From: an uncultured Candidatus Rokubacteria bacterium
Lineage (GTDB): Bacteria > Methylomirabilota > Methylomirabilia > Rokubacteriales > CSP1-6
DNA length: 64,000 nt
NCBI GenBank assembly: GCA_963789955.1
Contig: CAWBMV010000034.1
Coordinates: 768,001-832,000 of the forward strand
Direction of reading: 5' to 3'
In this document: positions 55,428 to 64,000 of the stretch, one piece after another
Position numbering within the stretch: the first letter of the stretch is position 1
Layout: each line of letters begins with the position of its first letter
Notes under the pieces: generated by a model
The model's database searches: none
Told to the model about the DNA's origin: nothing
What the model saw: only the letters and a program-made list of their open reading frames with translations
Made by a program: the position numbers and the translations under genes

Positions 55428-55706
55428 ATGAGAACGCGAGCCGCGCGCTTCGTGGCCATGCTCGTCATCTTCGTGATCGGTCTCGCGCCGGTCGGTTTCG
55501 TCGGGATCGTCGCGGCGCAAGAGCCACCGCGCTCCGGCGGCGAGCTGGTGTTCGAGAAGCGGCTCCTCGACGACGCGGTGCACTACATCTTCACGTTCCA
55601 GTGGCACCGGATCGTGCCGCACAACGCACGACTGAAAGGCTGGACGATCACGCCGAGCCACTTCCTCAACAACCAGCTCGACACCGTCTGGCTGGCGCCG
55701 GAGTGA
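55428..55706 (+). pseudogene. Internally deleted family-5 (Dpp/Opp-type) ABC substrate-binding protein gene
   Basis: Signal peptide plus QEPPRSGGELVF fused directly to the C-terminal EKRLLDD...LKGWTITPSHFLNNQLDTVWL; only 92 aa. Confidence 0.7.
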
Positions 55707-57049
55707 CCCTGAGACTCGTCCCCGATCTCGTCCTGACCGAAGGCGGCTTCGCGTCGGGGCACGCGGTGACGCTCGCCGGAGGTCGGATCGGCTCGATCGC
55801 ACCGATCGGTCGGCCCGCGCCCGGTGACGTCGTCCTCGCCGGCAAGGCGCTCTTGCCCGGCACCATCAATGCGCACTGCCACACGTTCCAGTCGCTCTTG
55901 CGGGGCCTCGGCGACGACCTCGACTTCGCCGGCTGGCGCGATCGCGTGCTCTATCCGTTCTCCGAGCGGCTCGACCGCCGCGGGATCGCCCTCGGCGCCT
56001 CGTTCGCGTTCGCCGAGATGCTCCGGCACGGCGCCACCACCTGCGTGGACTTCTTCTACCTTCAAGATCAGGGCAACGAGAACGCCGAGGCGGTGATCGA
56101 GGCCGCCCGCGCGGTCGGAATCCGCCTCGTCCTGGCGCGCACGATGTACGACTGGGCGGGCGCGCCCAGGCGCTATCGCGAATCCCCGGCCGACGCCGCG
56201 CGGCGTACGCGCGAGCTGATCGGCGCCCACCGCCGAGACGAGACCACGGTCGTCCAGCCGGCTCCGCACAGCCCTCACGGGGCGTCGCCCGCGATGATTC
56301 GCGCCGGGTTCGAGGTCGCCGAGTCGGAGACTACGCGCTTTCACATCCACGTCGCGGAGGGCCGCTACGAGGGCGAGCGCACCTTGCGCGAGCACGGCGC
56401 CACGCCGATCCGCTATCTCGATCGTCTGGGCGTCCTCGGCCCGCGGATGATCGGCGTCCATTGTGTGTGGCTCGACGACGAGGAGATTGCGCTGATGGGC
56501 GCGCGGCGCGCCGCGCTCGCCTATTGCCCGAGCTCGAACATGTTCCTGGGCGACGGCATCACCCGGCTCCCCGAGCTCCGGAAGGCGGGGGTCAGGGTCG
56601 GGCTCGGCACCGATGGAGGCTGCACCAACAACCGGCTCTCGGTCTTCGAGGAGATGCGCATGGCGGCGCTCCTGCAGCGGGTGCGGCTCCTCGACGGCGG
56701 CGCGCTCGACGCGGCGACCGCGTTCGAGCTCGGGACGCGGTCGGGCGCCGAGATCCTCGGCCTCCCAGCCGGCGCGATCGCCCCCGGCATGCTCGCCGAT
56801 CTGGCTGCGGTCGACCTCGGCGACGCGTCGATGCACCCGCGCGTCGACACCTTGAAGTCCGTGGTCTTCGCGATGTCGGATCGCGCCGTGACCGACGTCT
56901 GGGTCCACGGGCGACACGTCGTCGAGGCCGGTCGCCTCGTGACGCTCGACGAGCACGAGCTCCTCGGGCGCGTGCGCGAGCTCACGCGCGACTGGCGTGT
57001 CCCTGAGCCGGTGGCGAGCGCGGGGCTCGGGCGTGCGGCCGCGCCATGA
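55703..57049 (+). CDS. hutF: Metal-dependent amidohydrolase, formimidoylglutamate deiminase-like
   Basis: NAHCHTFQ, APHS, HIHVAE, VHCV, GTDGG; lies between hutU and hutH. Confidence 0.65.
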   Translation: MTLRLVPDLVLTEGGFASGHAVTLAGGRIGSIAPIGRPAPGDVVLAGKALLPGTINAHCHTFQSLLRGLGDDLDFAGWRDRVLYPFSERLDRRGIALGASFAFAEMLRHGATTCVDFFYLQDQGNENAEAVIEAARAVGIRLVLARTMYDWAGAPRRYRESPADAARRTRELIGAHRRDETTVVQPAPHSPHGASPAMIRAGFEVAESETTRFHIHVAEGRYEGERTLREHGATPIRYLDRLGVLGPRMIGVHCVWLDDEEIALMGARRAALAYCPSSNMFLGDGITRLPELRKAGVRVGLGTDGGCTNNRLSVFEEMRMAALLQRVRLLDGGALDAATAFELGTRSGAEILGLPAGAIAPGMLADLAAVDLGDASMHPRVDTLKSVVFAMSDRAVTDVWVHGRHVVEAGRLVTLDEHELLGRVRELTRDWRVPEPVASAGLGRAAAP

Positions 57050-58572
57050 TCGAGCTGGACGGCGGCGCGCTCACGCTCGAGGCGGTCGAAGCCGTCGCCC
57101 GGCGCGGCGACGAAGTGACGCTCGCCCCCGCGGCGATCCGGACGCTCGGCGCAGCGCGCGAGTTCGTCGACCGGCTGGCCGCCGGCGTCGAGCCGATCTA
57201 CGGGATCACGACCGGAGTCGGAAAGCTCAAGGACGTCGTCATCCCACCGGGCCAGCGCGTCGAGCTCCAGCGCAATCTCGTGCTGAGCCACGCCGGAGGG
57301 ATGGGCGCGCCGCTGCCGGACGTCGAGGTCCGCGCGATCATGCTGCTGCTCGCGGCCTCGCTCGCGCGGGGCGCGTCCGGCGTGAGGCCCGTGGTCGTCG
57401 AGACCGTGATCGCGTGCTTGAACCGGCGCGTTCACCCGATCGTGCCCGAGCTCGGGTCCGTCGGCGCCTCGGGCGATCTCGCGCCGCTGGCCCACGTGGC
57501 GCTCTGTCTCGTCGGCGAAGGCACGGTGTCCGACGAGAGCCGTCAGCTCCCGGCGGCCCAGGCGCTCGCGCGCGCCGGAATCCGGCCGCTCGCGCTCGAG
57601 ACCAAGGAAGGGCTGGCGCTCCTCAACGGCACGCACCTCATGGCCGGGCTCGGCGCGCTGGCGGTGCTCGACGCCGAGCGGCTCACGCGGCTGGCCGACG
57701 TCACCGGCGCGATGTCGCTCGAGGCGCTGATGGGCTCGAACGCCGCGTTCGATCCGCGGATTCACGCGCTGCGGCCCCATCCGGGCCAGCTCGCGACCGC
57801 CGCCAACTTGCGTCGTCTCACCGCGGAAAGCGGCATCATCGCCTCGCACCGCGACTGCACGCGCGTCCAGGACGCCTATAGCCTCCGCTGCATGCCGCAG
57901 GTGCACGGCTCCGCGCGGGAAGCCGTCCGATTCGCGCGCTCGGTGATCGAGCGCGAGCTGGCGTCGGTCTCCGACAATCCGCTCGTGTTTCCCCAGGACG
58001 GCGCGGTACTGAGCGGCGGCAATTTCCACGGCGAGGTGCTGGGCCTGGCGCTCGACACCTTGACCCTGGGGCTCGGCCAGCTCGCGGGAATCTGCGAGCG
58101 CCGGATCGACCGGCTCGTGAACCCGCTGACGAACGAGGCGCTGCCGCCGTTCCTCTCGCCGCACGGCGGCGTCCACTCCGGCTACATGATCGCGCAGTAC
58201 GGCGCCGCGGCGCTGGCGTCCGAGCTCCGGACCCAGGCCGTTCCGGCGAGCGTGGAATCGATTCCGACCTCGGGGCTCCAGGAGGACTACAACTCGATGG
58301 CGGCCGGCTCGGCCTTGAAGGCGCGCCGCGCGGTCGGCCTCGCGCGCCGGGTCGTCGCGATCGAGCTCTTGCTGGCCGCTCAGGCGCTCGACTTCCGCGC
58401 GCCCTTGGCACCGGGCCACGGCAGCGCGGCGGCCCGCGCGGCCGTCCGGCGGCGGATCACGCCGCTCGACCGCGACCGCTATCTGAAGGCCGATCTCGAT
58501 GCCGCGCTGGAGCTGTGTGAGGGCGGAGCCGTGCTCGCGGCGGTGGAGGCCGCGATCGGCCCCCTGGAGTGA
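57046..58572 (+). CDS. hutH: Histidine ammonia-lyase
   Basis: YGITTGVG, GSVGASGDLAPLAH (MIO motif), KEGLALLNGT, VQDAYSLRCMPQVHG, GGNFHG. Confidence 0.95.
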   Translation: MIELDGGALTLEAVEAVARRGDEVTLAPAAIRTLGAAREFVDRLAAGVEPIYGITTGVGKLKDVVIPPGQRVELQRNLVLSHAGGMGAPLPDVEVRAIMLLLAASLARGASGVRPVVVETVIACLNRRVHPIVPELGSVGASGDLAPLAHVALCLVGEGTVSDESRQLPAAQALARAGIRPLALETKEGLALLNGTHLMAGLGALAVLDAERLTRLADVTGAMSLEALMGSNAAFDPRIHALRPHPGQLATAANLRRLTAESGIIASHRDCTRVQDAYSLRCMPQVHGSAREAVRFARSVIERELASVSDNPLVFPQDGAVLSGGNFHGEVLGLALDTLTLGLGQLAGICERRIDRLVNPLTNEALPPFLSPHGGVHSGYMIAQYGAAALASELRTQAVPASVESIPTSGLQEDYNSMAAGSALKARRAVGLARRVVAIELLLAAQALDFRAPLAPGHGSAAARAAVRRRITPLDRDRYLKADLDAALELCEGGAVLAAVEAAIGPLE

Positions 58573-58579
58573 GGGAGCG

Positions 58580-58987
58580 CTACCGGCTCAGGCCGATCGA
58601 GTCGCGGTCGGCGGACGTTGCGTCCGCCGACCGACCCTTCGTCATCTTGCAGTGGCCTTCGAAGAGCACGCCTTCCTCGACCACGATCACCGGGGCCTCG
58701 ACGTCGCCGTAGACGCGCGCCGTACCCCGCAGCTCGACCCGCTCGGTGGCGAAGACGTTACCGATCACTTCACCGTTGATCAGGACCACCCCGGCGCGAA
58801 CCGTGGCGCTCACGACGCCCTTCTCGCCGATGATGAGGCTGTCGCTGGAGTTGATCTCGCCGCTGAACTTGCCGTTCATCATGACGGTGCCCTGAAAGGT
58901 GTACTTGCCCTCGATCTCGGAGCCCTCGTCGATGAAGGCCGTGAGATCGCTGCTCCGGCTCGCCTGCTTGCCCTTGCGCCACCGCAT
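58580..58987 (-). CDS. Bactofilin (polymer-forming cytoskeletal protein)
   Basis: AFIDEGSEIEGK, IGEKGVV, ARVYGDV, VEEGVLFEGHCKM. Confidence 0.88.
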   Translation of the reverse strand: MRWRKGKQASRSSDLTAFIDEGSEIEGKYTFQGTVMMNGKFSGEINSSDSLIIGEKGVVSATVRAGVVLINGEVIGNVFATERVELRGTARVYGDVEAPVIVVEEGVLFEGHCKMTKGRSADATSADRDSIGLSR

Positions 58988-59013
58988 GGGGTGTCGGCCC
59001 GGCGGGGGGCCGA

Positions 59014-59481
59014 CTACCTCTGACCGCTGAGCTGCGCGGCCCGGAGGTCGTCCATCAGATAGATCGGCCGTTGGCCGGTGGGGAGCTCGTTCATCTTCGA
59101 GACGTTGCCGTTGAAGAAGCCGCCCTTCGAGATCACCAGCGAATCGGTCGTGATGTTGCCGGTGACCCGGCCCGAGTCGGTGATCTCGACGTTGCCGGTC
59201 GCGATCATGTTGCCCTGGTAGTGTCCCTTGATGACGGCATCGACGGTCTGGACGTTGGCGTTGACCACGCCCTTCTCGCCGATGACCAGCTTGCCGCCGA
59301 CGTTCATCTCGCCGCCGACCTCGCACTCGACCTGGATCGAGTCCGCGATGTCGAACTTGCCCTCCATGCGCGCGCGCTCGCCGACCACCGAGAGCAGGGG
59401 GATTGCCGGGGCGGCGGGCTGCCCGTTCTCCGACGCCGGCAGAGAGTCCGGCTTCTGGGCACCCTTCTGGTTACTGAACAT
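59014..59481 (-). CDS. Bactofilin (polymer-forming cytoskeletal protein)
   Basis: VIGEKGVVNANV, GRVTGNI, ISKGGFFNGNV; RBS AAGGAG. Confidence 0.88.
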   Translation of the reverse strand: MFSNQKGAQKPDSLPASENGQPAAPAIPLLSVVGERARMEGKFDIADSIQVECEVGGEMNVGGKLVIGEKGVVNANVQTVDAVIKGHYQGNMIATGNVEITDSGRVTGNITTDSLVISKGGFFNGNVSKMNELPTGQRPIYLMDDLRAAQLSGQR

Positions 59482-59680
59482 CGGAAAACTCCTTACGCTG
59501 TGAGGCCGCTCGGATGAGCGGGAGAGGCTTTAACCCAGCATCTTCAGGCGTAGCATCCCCGAACAGACGGTGTCAACCTTTGCGACCCGCCCCTTCCGGT
59601 GGTGCGTGGACGCTTCGACGCGGCTCCCGGTTGTACCCGACTTGACGCCCTCGGACGAGGGGTGCGGCCAGAACGTGAGG

Positions 59681-61036
59681 CTAGAACGAGCGGATGAGCC
59701 GCTCGACCCGCTCGTCGTGGGACTGGAAGGGATCCTTGCAGAGGATCGTCTCGCGCTCCGGGTCGTTGAGCTTCAGATAGACCCAGTCGACGCGATAGTC
59801 CTTGCCCTTCAGATTGGCCTGCCGGATGAACTCGCCCCGGAGGCGCGCCCGCGTGGTCTGCGGCGGGACGTGCTTGGCCTGCTCGATGGTCTCGTCGTCG
59901 GTGATCCGATCGACGTGATCGTTGGCGACCATCCGGTAGTAGACGCCCTTGTCGGGCCGGATGTCGTGATATTGAAGGTCGAGCAGCGACACCTTCGGGT
60001 CCCGCCACGAGAGCCGATGGCGGTTCATGAAGTTGTCGATGAGCTGGCGCTTGATGACCCAGTCGAGCTCGCGGTTGAGCTGCATCGGATCGGCCTCGAG
60101 CTTGGTGAGCACGTCGGTCCAGCGGGCGAGGACGTCCTTGGTGGTCGCGTCGGCGTTGATCGAGGCGACGTACCGGGTGGCGTACTCGAGGTACTCGAGC
60201 TGCATCTGGAGCGCCGTGATCGAGCGACCGTCCTTCAGCTTGACGGCCTCTCGCAAAGTCGGATCGTGCGAGATATCCCGGATCGCCTGCACCGGCGACT
60301 GCAGCGAATAGTCGCGGTCGAAGAAGCCGTCCTCGATCATGTCGAGGACCAGCGCCGTGGTTCCGATCTTCAGGTACGTGGCGACTTCCGACATATTGGA
60401 GTCGCCCACGATGACATGAAGACGCCGGTATCTCTCGGCGTCGGCGTGCGGCTCGTCGCGGGTGTTGATGATCGAGCGCGACGACGTCGTGGCGCCGGAG
60501 ATCTCCTGGCAGATGTGCTGCGCGCGCTGCGACAGGCAGTAGTGGAAGCCGCGCGGCGTCTGGAGCACCTTGCCGGCCCCGGCGAAGATCTGCCGGGTGA
60601 CGAAGAAGGGGATCAGGGCCTCGGCGAGTCGCTGGAACGAGACGTCGCGAGAGACCAGGTAGTTCTCGTGGCAGCCGTAGGAGTTACCGGCCGAGTCGGT
60701 GTTGTTCTTGAAGAGCAGGATGTTGCCGGAGATCCCGTCTTCCCGCAGCCGCTTCTCGGCCTGGTGCAGGAGGTCCTCGACGATCCGCTCGCCGGCCTTG
60801 TCGTGGATGACCAGCTCGGCGACGTCGTCGCACTCCGGGGTCGCGTACTCCGGGTGGAACCCGGTGTCGAGATAGAGGCGGGCGCCGTTCTCCAGGAAGA
60901 CGTTGGCGTTGCGGGCTCCGGGAATGACCTTCTCGAACAGGTACCGGGCGACGTTGTCGGGTGACAGACGGCGTTGACCGTTGAGGGTGCAGGTGAGGCC
61001 GTACTCGTTCTCGAGGCCGAAGATCCGACGCTTCAT
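59681..61036 (-). CDS. pafA: Pup--protein ligase
   Basis: [68 protein letters not shown]. Confidence 0.95.
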   Translation of the reverse strand: MKRRIFGLENEYGLTCTLNGQRRLSPDNVARYLFEKVIPGARNANVFLENGARLYLDTGFHPEYATPECDDVAELVIHDKAGERIVEDLLHQAEKRLREDGISGNILLFKNNTDSAGNSYGCHENYLVSRDVSFQRLAEALIPFFVTRQIFAGAGKVLQTPRGFHYCLSQRAQHICQEISGATTSSRSIINTRDEPHADAERYRRLHVIVGDSNMSEVATYLKIGTTALVLDMIEDGFFDRDYSLQSPVQAIRDISHDPTLREAVKLKDGRSITALQMQLEYLEYATRYVASINADATTKDVLARWTDVLTKLEADPMQLNRELDWVIKRQLIDNFMNRHRLSWRDPKVSLLDLQYHDIRPDKGVYYRMVANDHVDRITDDETIEQAKHVPPQTTRARLRGEFIRQANLKGKDYRVDWVYLKLNDPERETILCKDPFQSHDERVERLIRSF

Positions 61037-61065
61037 GGGCCCGTCCTGCCCAAGGGTAACACGGC

Positions 61066-61758
61066 TTACTGGGCTGCGCCCAGGAGTTGCCCCAGCGCCT
61101 CCACGGGGATCCGGCGAAACTTCCGCCGCGCCTTGGTGCGGTCGAGTACGGCGACCTCCAGATCGCGCTCGGTCAAGGTCTTGTTCTGCGTGACCGTCAG
61201 GGCGCGGACGCCGAGCTGCAGCGCCGCGTCGAGCGGCATGCCTTCCTTGTGATGGTCCTTCAGAAAGCGGCGGATCTCGTCGGACTGGCCGCCCATCGCC
61301 GCGTAGTTCCGCTCGTCCTCGATCGTGCCGTCATAGAGGATGTGGTAGATCTCGTTGCGCGCGCCGTTGGCGTCGCCGACCTCGGCCACCAGCACCTCGA
61401 CCTCGAAGGGCTTGATGTCCTGCGTGAAGATGTTGCCGAGGGCCTGCGAGTAGGCGTTGGCGAGGGCCTTGGCCGTCACATCTCCCCGGCTGTACGAGTA
61501 GCCCTTCACGTCGGCGTGCCGGATGCCCGCGATGCGGAGATTCTCGAACTCGTTGTACTTGCCGACACCGGCGAACGCGATGCGGTCGTAGATCTCGGAG
61601 ATCTTGTGCAGCAAGGTGGACGGGTTCTCGGCGACCAGGAGGATGCCGTCGCCGTACTCGAGCGTGACGAGGGACCGGCCGCGCGAGATGCCCTTGCGGG
61701 CATACTCGGCCTTGTCCTTCATCATCTGCTCGGGGCTTACATAGTAGGGGAGCGGCAT
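61066..61758 (-). CDS. prcA: 20S proteasome alpha subunit
   Basis: [55 protein letters not shown]. Confidence 0.95.
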   Translation of the reverse strand: MPLPYYVSPEQMMKDKAEYARKGISRGRSLVTLEYGDGILLVAENPSTLLHKISEIYDRIAFAGVGKYNEFENLRIAGIRHADVKGYSYSRGDVTAKALANAYSQALGNIFTQDIKPFEVEVLVAEVGDANGARNEIYHILYDGTIEDERNYAAMGGQSDEIRRFLKDHHKEGMPLDAALQLGVRALTVTQNKTLTERDLEVAVLDRTKARRKFRRIPVEALGQLLGAAQ

Positions 61759-61761
61759 GGC

Positions 61762-62572
61762 TTAGGCCCCGTTTCCGCTGCGCGTGCGCTCCGCCAGGAT
61801 CGCCTCGCAGAGACGTTTCACCTCGTCCTCCGGAACGTCACCGAATCCGGACCGCGTGATCGTCTTCACGGACGGGAAAATGCCGCGCACGAGGTCGGGG
61901 CCGCCGGTGCCGACGTCCTCGTCGGCCGCGTCGATGAGGGCCTCGAGCGAGACGCGCAGCGCCTCGTCCCGCTGCATGTCGCGCTTCCAGAGCTTCTTCA
62001 GCGAGTCCCGCGCGTCCTTCGAGCCCGAGCCCTGCGCATCGAAGTTGGTTTCTTCGTAGCGTCCGCCCGTGATGTCGTACTTGAAGAGCCGGCCGACGCC
62101 GGCCTTCTCGTCGAAGCCCGCGAAGATCGGCACCACCACGAGGCCCTGCATCGCCGCCGGGAGGTTCATCCGGATCATCTGGCTCAGCCGGTTGGCCTTG
62201 CCTTCGAGCGAGAGGTTCTCGCCCTCGACCTTCTCGTAGTGCTCGAGCTCGGTCTGGAAGAGCTTCGCCATCTCCATGGCGGGGCCCGCCGCGCCGGCGA
62301 TGCCCACACCGGAGAGCTCGTCGGACTTGAAGATCTTCTCGATGCGACGGCTCGCGACCTGATAGCCCGCGGTCGCCTGGCGATCGCCGGCCATGATCAC
62401 GCCGTCACGGAACCGGACCGAGAGGACCGTCGTGCCGTGGATGGGCTCCGGGCACCGGGGCGGCCGCCGGAGTCTCGTGGCCGGGCATCAGGTGCGGCGA
62501 CTCCCGGCGGAGCACGTCGAGAAAGCTCGAGTTGGAGTAGTCGTTGAACAGGGAACGCCAGCGCTCGTCCAT
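61762..62572 (-). CDS. prcB: 20S proteasome beta subunit with propeptide (frameshift in the propeptide near 62450)
   Basis: Propeptide SSFLDVLRRESPHLMP, then IHG/TT processing site, AGDRQATAG, ELEHYEKVEG, GSGS. Confidence 0.93.
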
Positions 62573-62574
62573 CG

Positions 62575-64000
62575 TCACATCCCGGACGCGCGCGAGATGT
62601 TGCGCAGCAGATCCGCGGCCGTGGGCGACTCGGTCAGCAGCTGCCGAACGTGCGCCTCGGTGCCCCGCAGCGGCTCCAGCATGAAGATCTTCTTCAGCGG
62701 ACCCTCCTTGAGGTCGAAGATCACCGAATCCCAGCTCGCCGAGACGATCTCGTCCGCGTAGCGCTGCAGGCACATGCCGCGGAAGTACGCGCGCGTGTCC
62801 TTGGGCGGATCGTAGATCGCCTTCGCGATCTCGTCGTCGGTCGCGATGCGGTCGACCGCCTCGGACTCCTCGAGCTTGTAGTAGAGGCCGCGGCCCGGCC
62901 GGATGTCGTGGTACTGGAGGTCGATCATGGCCACGCGCGAGTCGTTCCACTCCAGGTCGTGCTTGGCCATGTAGTTCTCGATGAGCTGGCGCTTGATGAC
63001 CCAGTCGAGCTCGCGGCCGAGCTGCATCGGATCCTCGGCCAGCCGGTCGAGCGTCGACTCCCAGCGCGTGAGCACCTCGCGCACCCAGGGCTCGGCCTCA
63101 CGGTCGCGATAGTAGCGGTGCGCCAGGGCCAGGAACTCGCGCTGCAGGTCCACGGCGGTGATGCTGCGGCCGTCCTTGAGCCGGAACGTCTCCCGGCAGG
63201 TGAGGTCGCGCGACACCACGCGGAAGGCGCCCACCGGGCCGTCGACCGAGAGGTCGCGCTCGATGAAGTCGTCCTCGACCATGCTCAGCACGATCGCCAT
63301 CGTGCCGACCTTGAGGTAGTTGGAGACCTCGCTCATGTTGGCGTCGCCGACGATGACGTGCAGGCGGCGGTACTTTTCCGGGTCGGCGTGCGGCTCGTCG
63401 CGCGTGTTGATGATCGGGCGCGAGTGCATCGTCTCCAGCCCGACCTCCGTCTCCAGAAAGTCGGCGCGCTGCGAGATCTGGTAGTCGCACGGATCCGCGT
63501 TGTTCTCGGCGCCCACCTTGCCGGCGCCGGTGAAGACCTGGCGGCTCACGAAGAACGGCATCATGTGCTGGACGATGCGCGCGAACGGCACCTTCCGGTC
63601 CATGAGGTAGTTCTCGTGGGTGCCGTACGAGTTGCCCTTGTTGTCGGTGTTGTTCTTGTAGATCAGGATCCGCTGCTCGGGCGGCGAGACCGCTTCCGCC
63701 CGCTGGCGCGAGAGATTGAGGATCCGCTCGCCGGCGCGGTCCCAGATGACGAGGTCTCGCGGATTCGTCGTCTCCGGGCTCGAGTACTCCGGATGGGCGT
63801 GGTCGACATAGAAGCGCGCGCCGTTCGACAGGATCAGGTTGATGAGGCGCGACTCTTCCTTGGAGGTGCCTTCCTTCTCCTCCATGTACTCGAAGCCGCG
63901 CGCGTCGCGGAGCGGGCTCTCGGCCTCGTAGTCCCAGCGCACGCGCGAGGAGCGGAAGGTCTCGTAGGAGTTGATCAGCAGCAGCGAGGAGAGGATCGGG
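62575..64000 (-). CDS. dop: Pup deamidase/depupylase (5' end outside the window)
   Basis: WDYEAESPLRDARG, NGARFYVDHAHPEYSSPE, SYGTHENY, PPKDTRAYFRG, ASWDSVIF. Confidence 0.93.
   Translation of the reverse strand, partial: PILSSLLLINSYETFRSSRVRWDYEAESPLRDARGFEYMEEKEGTSKEESRLINLILSNGARFYVDHAHPEYSSPETTNPRDLVIWDRAGERILNLSRQRAEAVSPPEQRILIYKNNTDNKGNSYGTHENYLMDRKVPFARIVQHMMPFFVSRQVFTGAGKVGAENNADPCDYQISQRADFLETEVGLETMHSRPIINTRDEPHADPEKYRRLHVIVGDANMSEVSNYLKVGTMAIVLSMVEDDFIERDLSVDGPVGAFRVVSRDLTCRETFRLKDGRSITAVDLQREFLALAHRYYRDREAEPWVREVLTRWESTLDRLAEDPMQLGRELDWVIKRQLIENYMAKHDLEWNDSRVAMIDLQYHDIRPGRGLYYKLEESEAVDRIATDDEIAKAIYDPPKDTRAYFRGMCLQRYADEIVSASWDSVIFDLKEGPLKKIFMLEPLRGTEAHVRQLLTESPTAADLLRNISRASGM

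Noticed and set aside
59570..59625. c-di-GMP-I riboswitch-like GGGTCGCAAAG on the minus strand upstream of the bactofilins
   Set aside because: It lacks the GGCAAA element and a convincing second stem, and it lies upstream of the apparent -35 element. An Infernal search would settle it.

Overview
High-GC bacterial chromosomal window of mostly housekeeping and metabolic genes. I saw no CRISPR array, rRNA, integrase or transposase. kdsB implies a diderm organism with LPS. Gene content (many Tat-exported CUT1 binding proteins, a Pup-proteasome operon) suggests Methylomirabilota/Ca. Rokubacteria; this is inference and was not verified. In order, the window holds: a thiolase; uvrA; a PerR/Fur-rubrerythrin-FeS oxidoreductase-DUF3501-cytochrome c operon; a PuuD-like membrane protein; a hyper-acidic small protein; tRNA(CAT); DUF1989; three paralogous CUT1 ABC clusters with only one ATPase gene; a GT4-PTPS-PTPS-folE-SDR cluster resembling a biopterin-glycoside pathway; iscA-moaD/E-tilS-degP-NtrC-M20; pmtA-mgtE-apgM-FAH; MFS and MscS; a DNA-repair radical SAM; TPR proteins; kdsB; an LLM; a His-tailed EamA; a hut operon containing an internally deleted binding-protein gene; two bactofilins; and dop-prcB-prcA-pafA with no pup gene in its canonical slot. 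About 20 genes carry single-base frameshifts, which I read as long-read assembly errors, so those CDS coordinates span the reconstructed gene. All product calls come from motif recognition by eye, not database searches.
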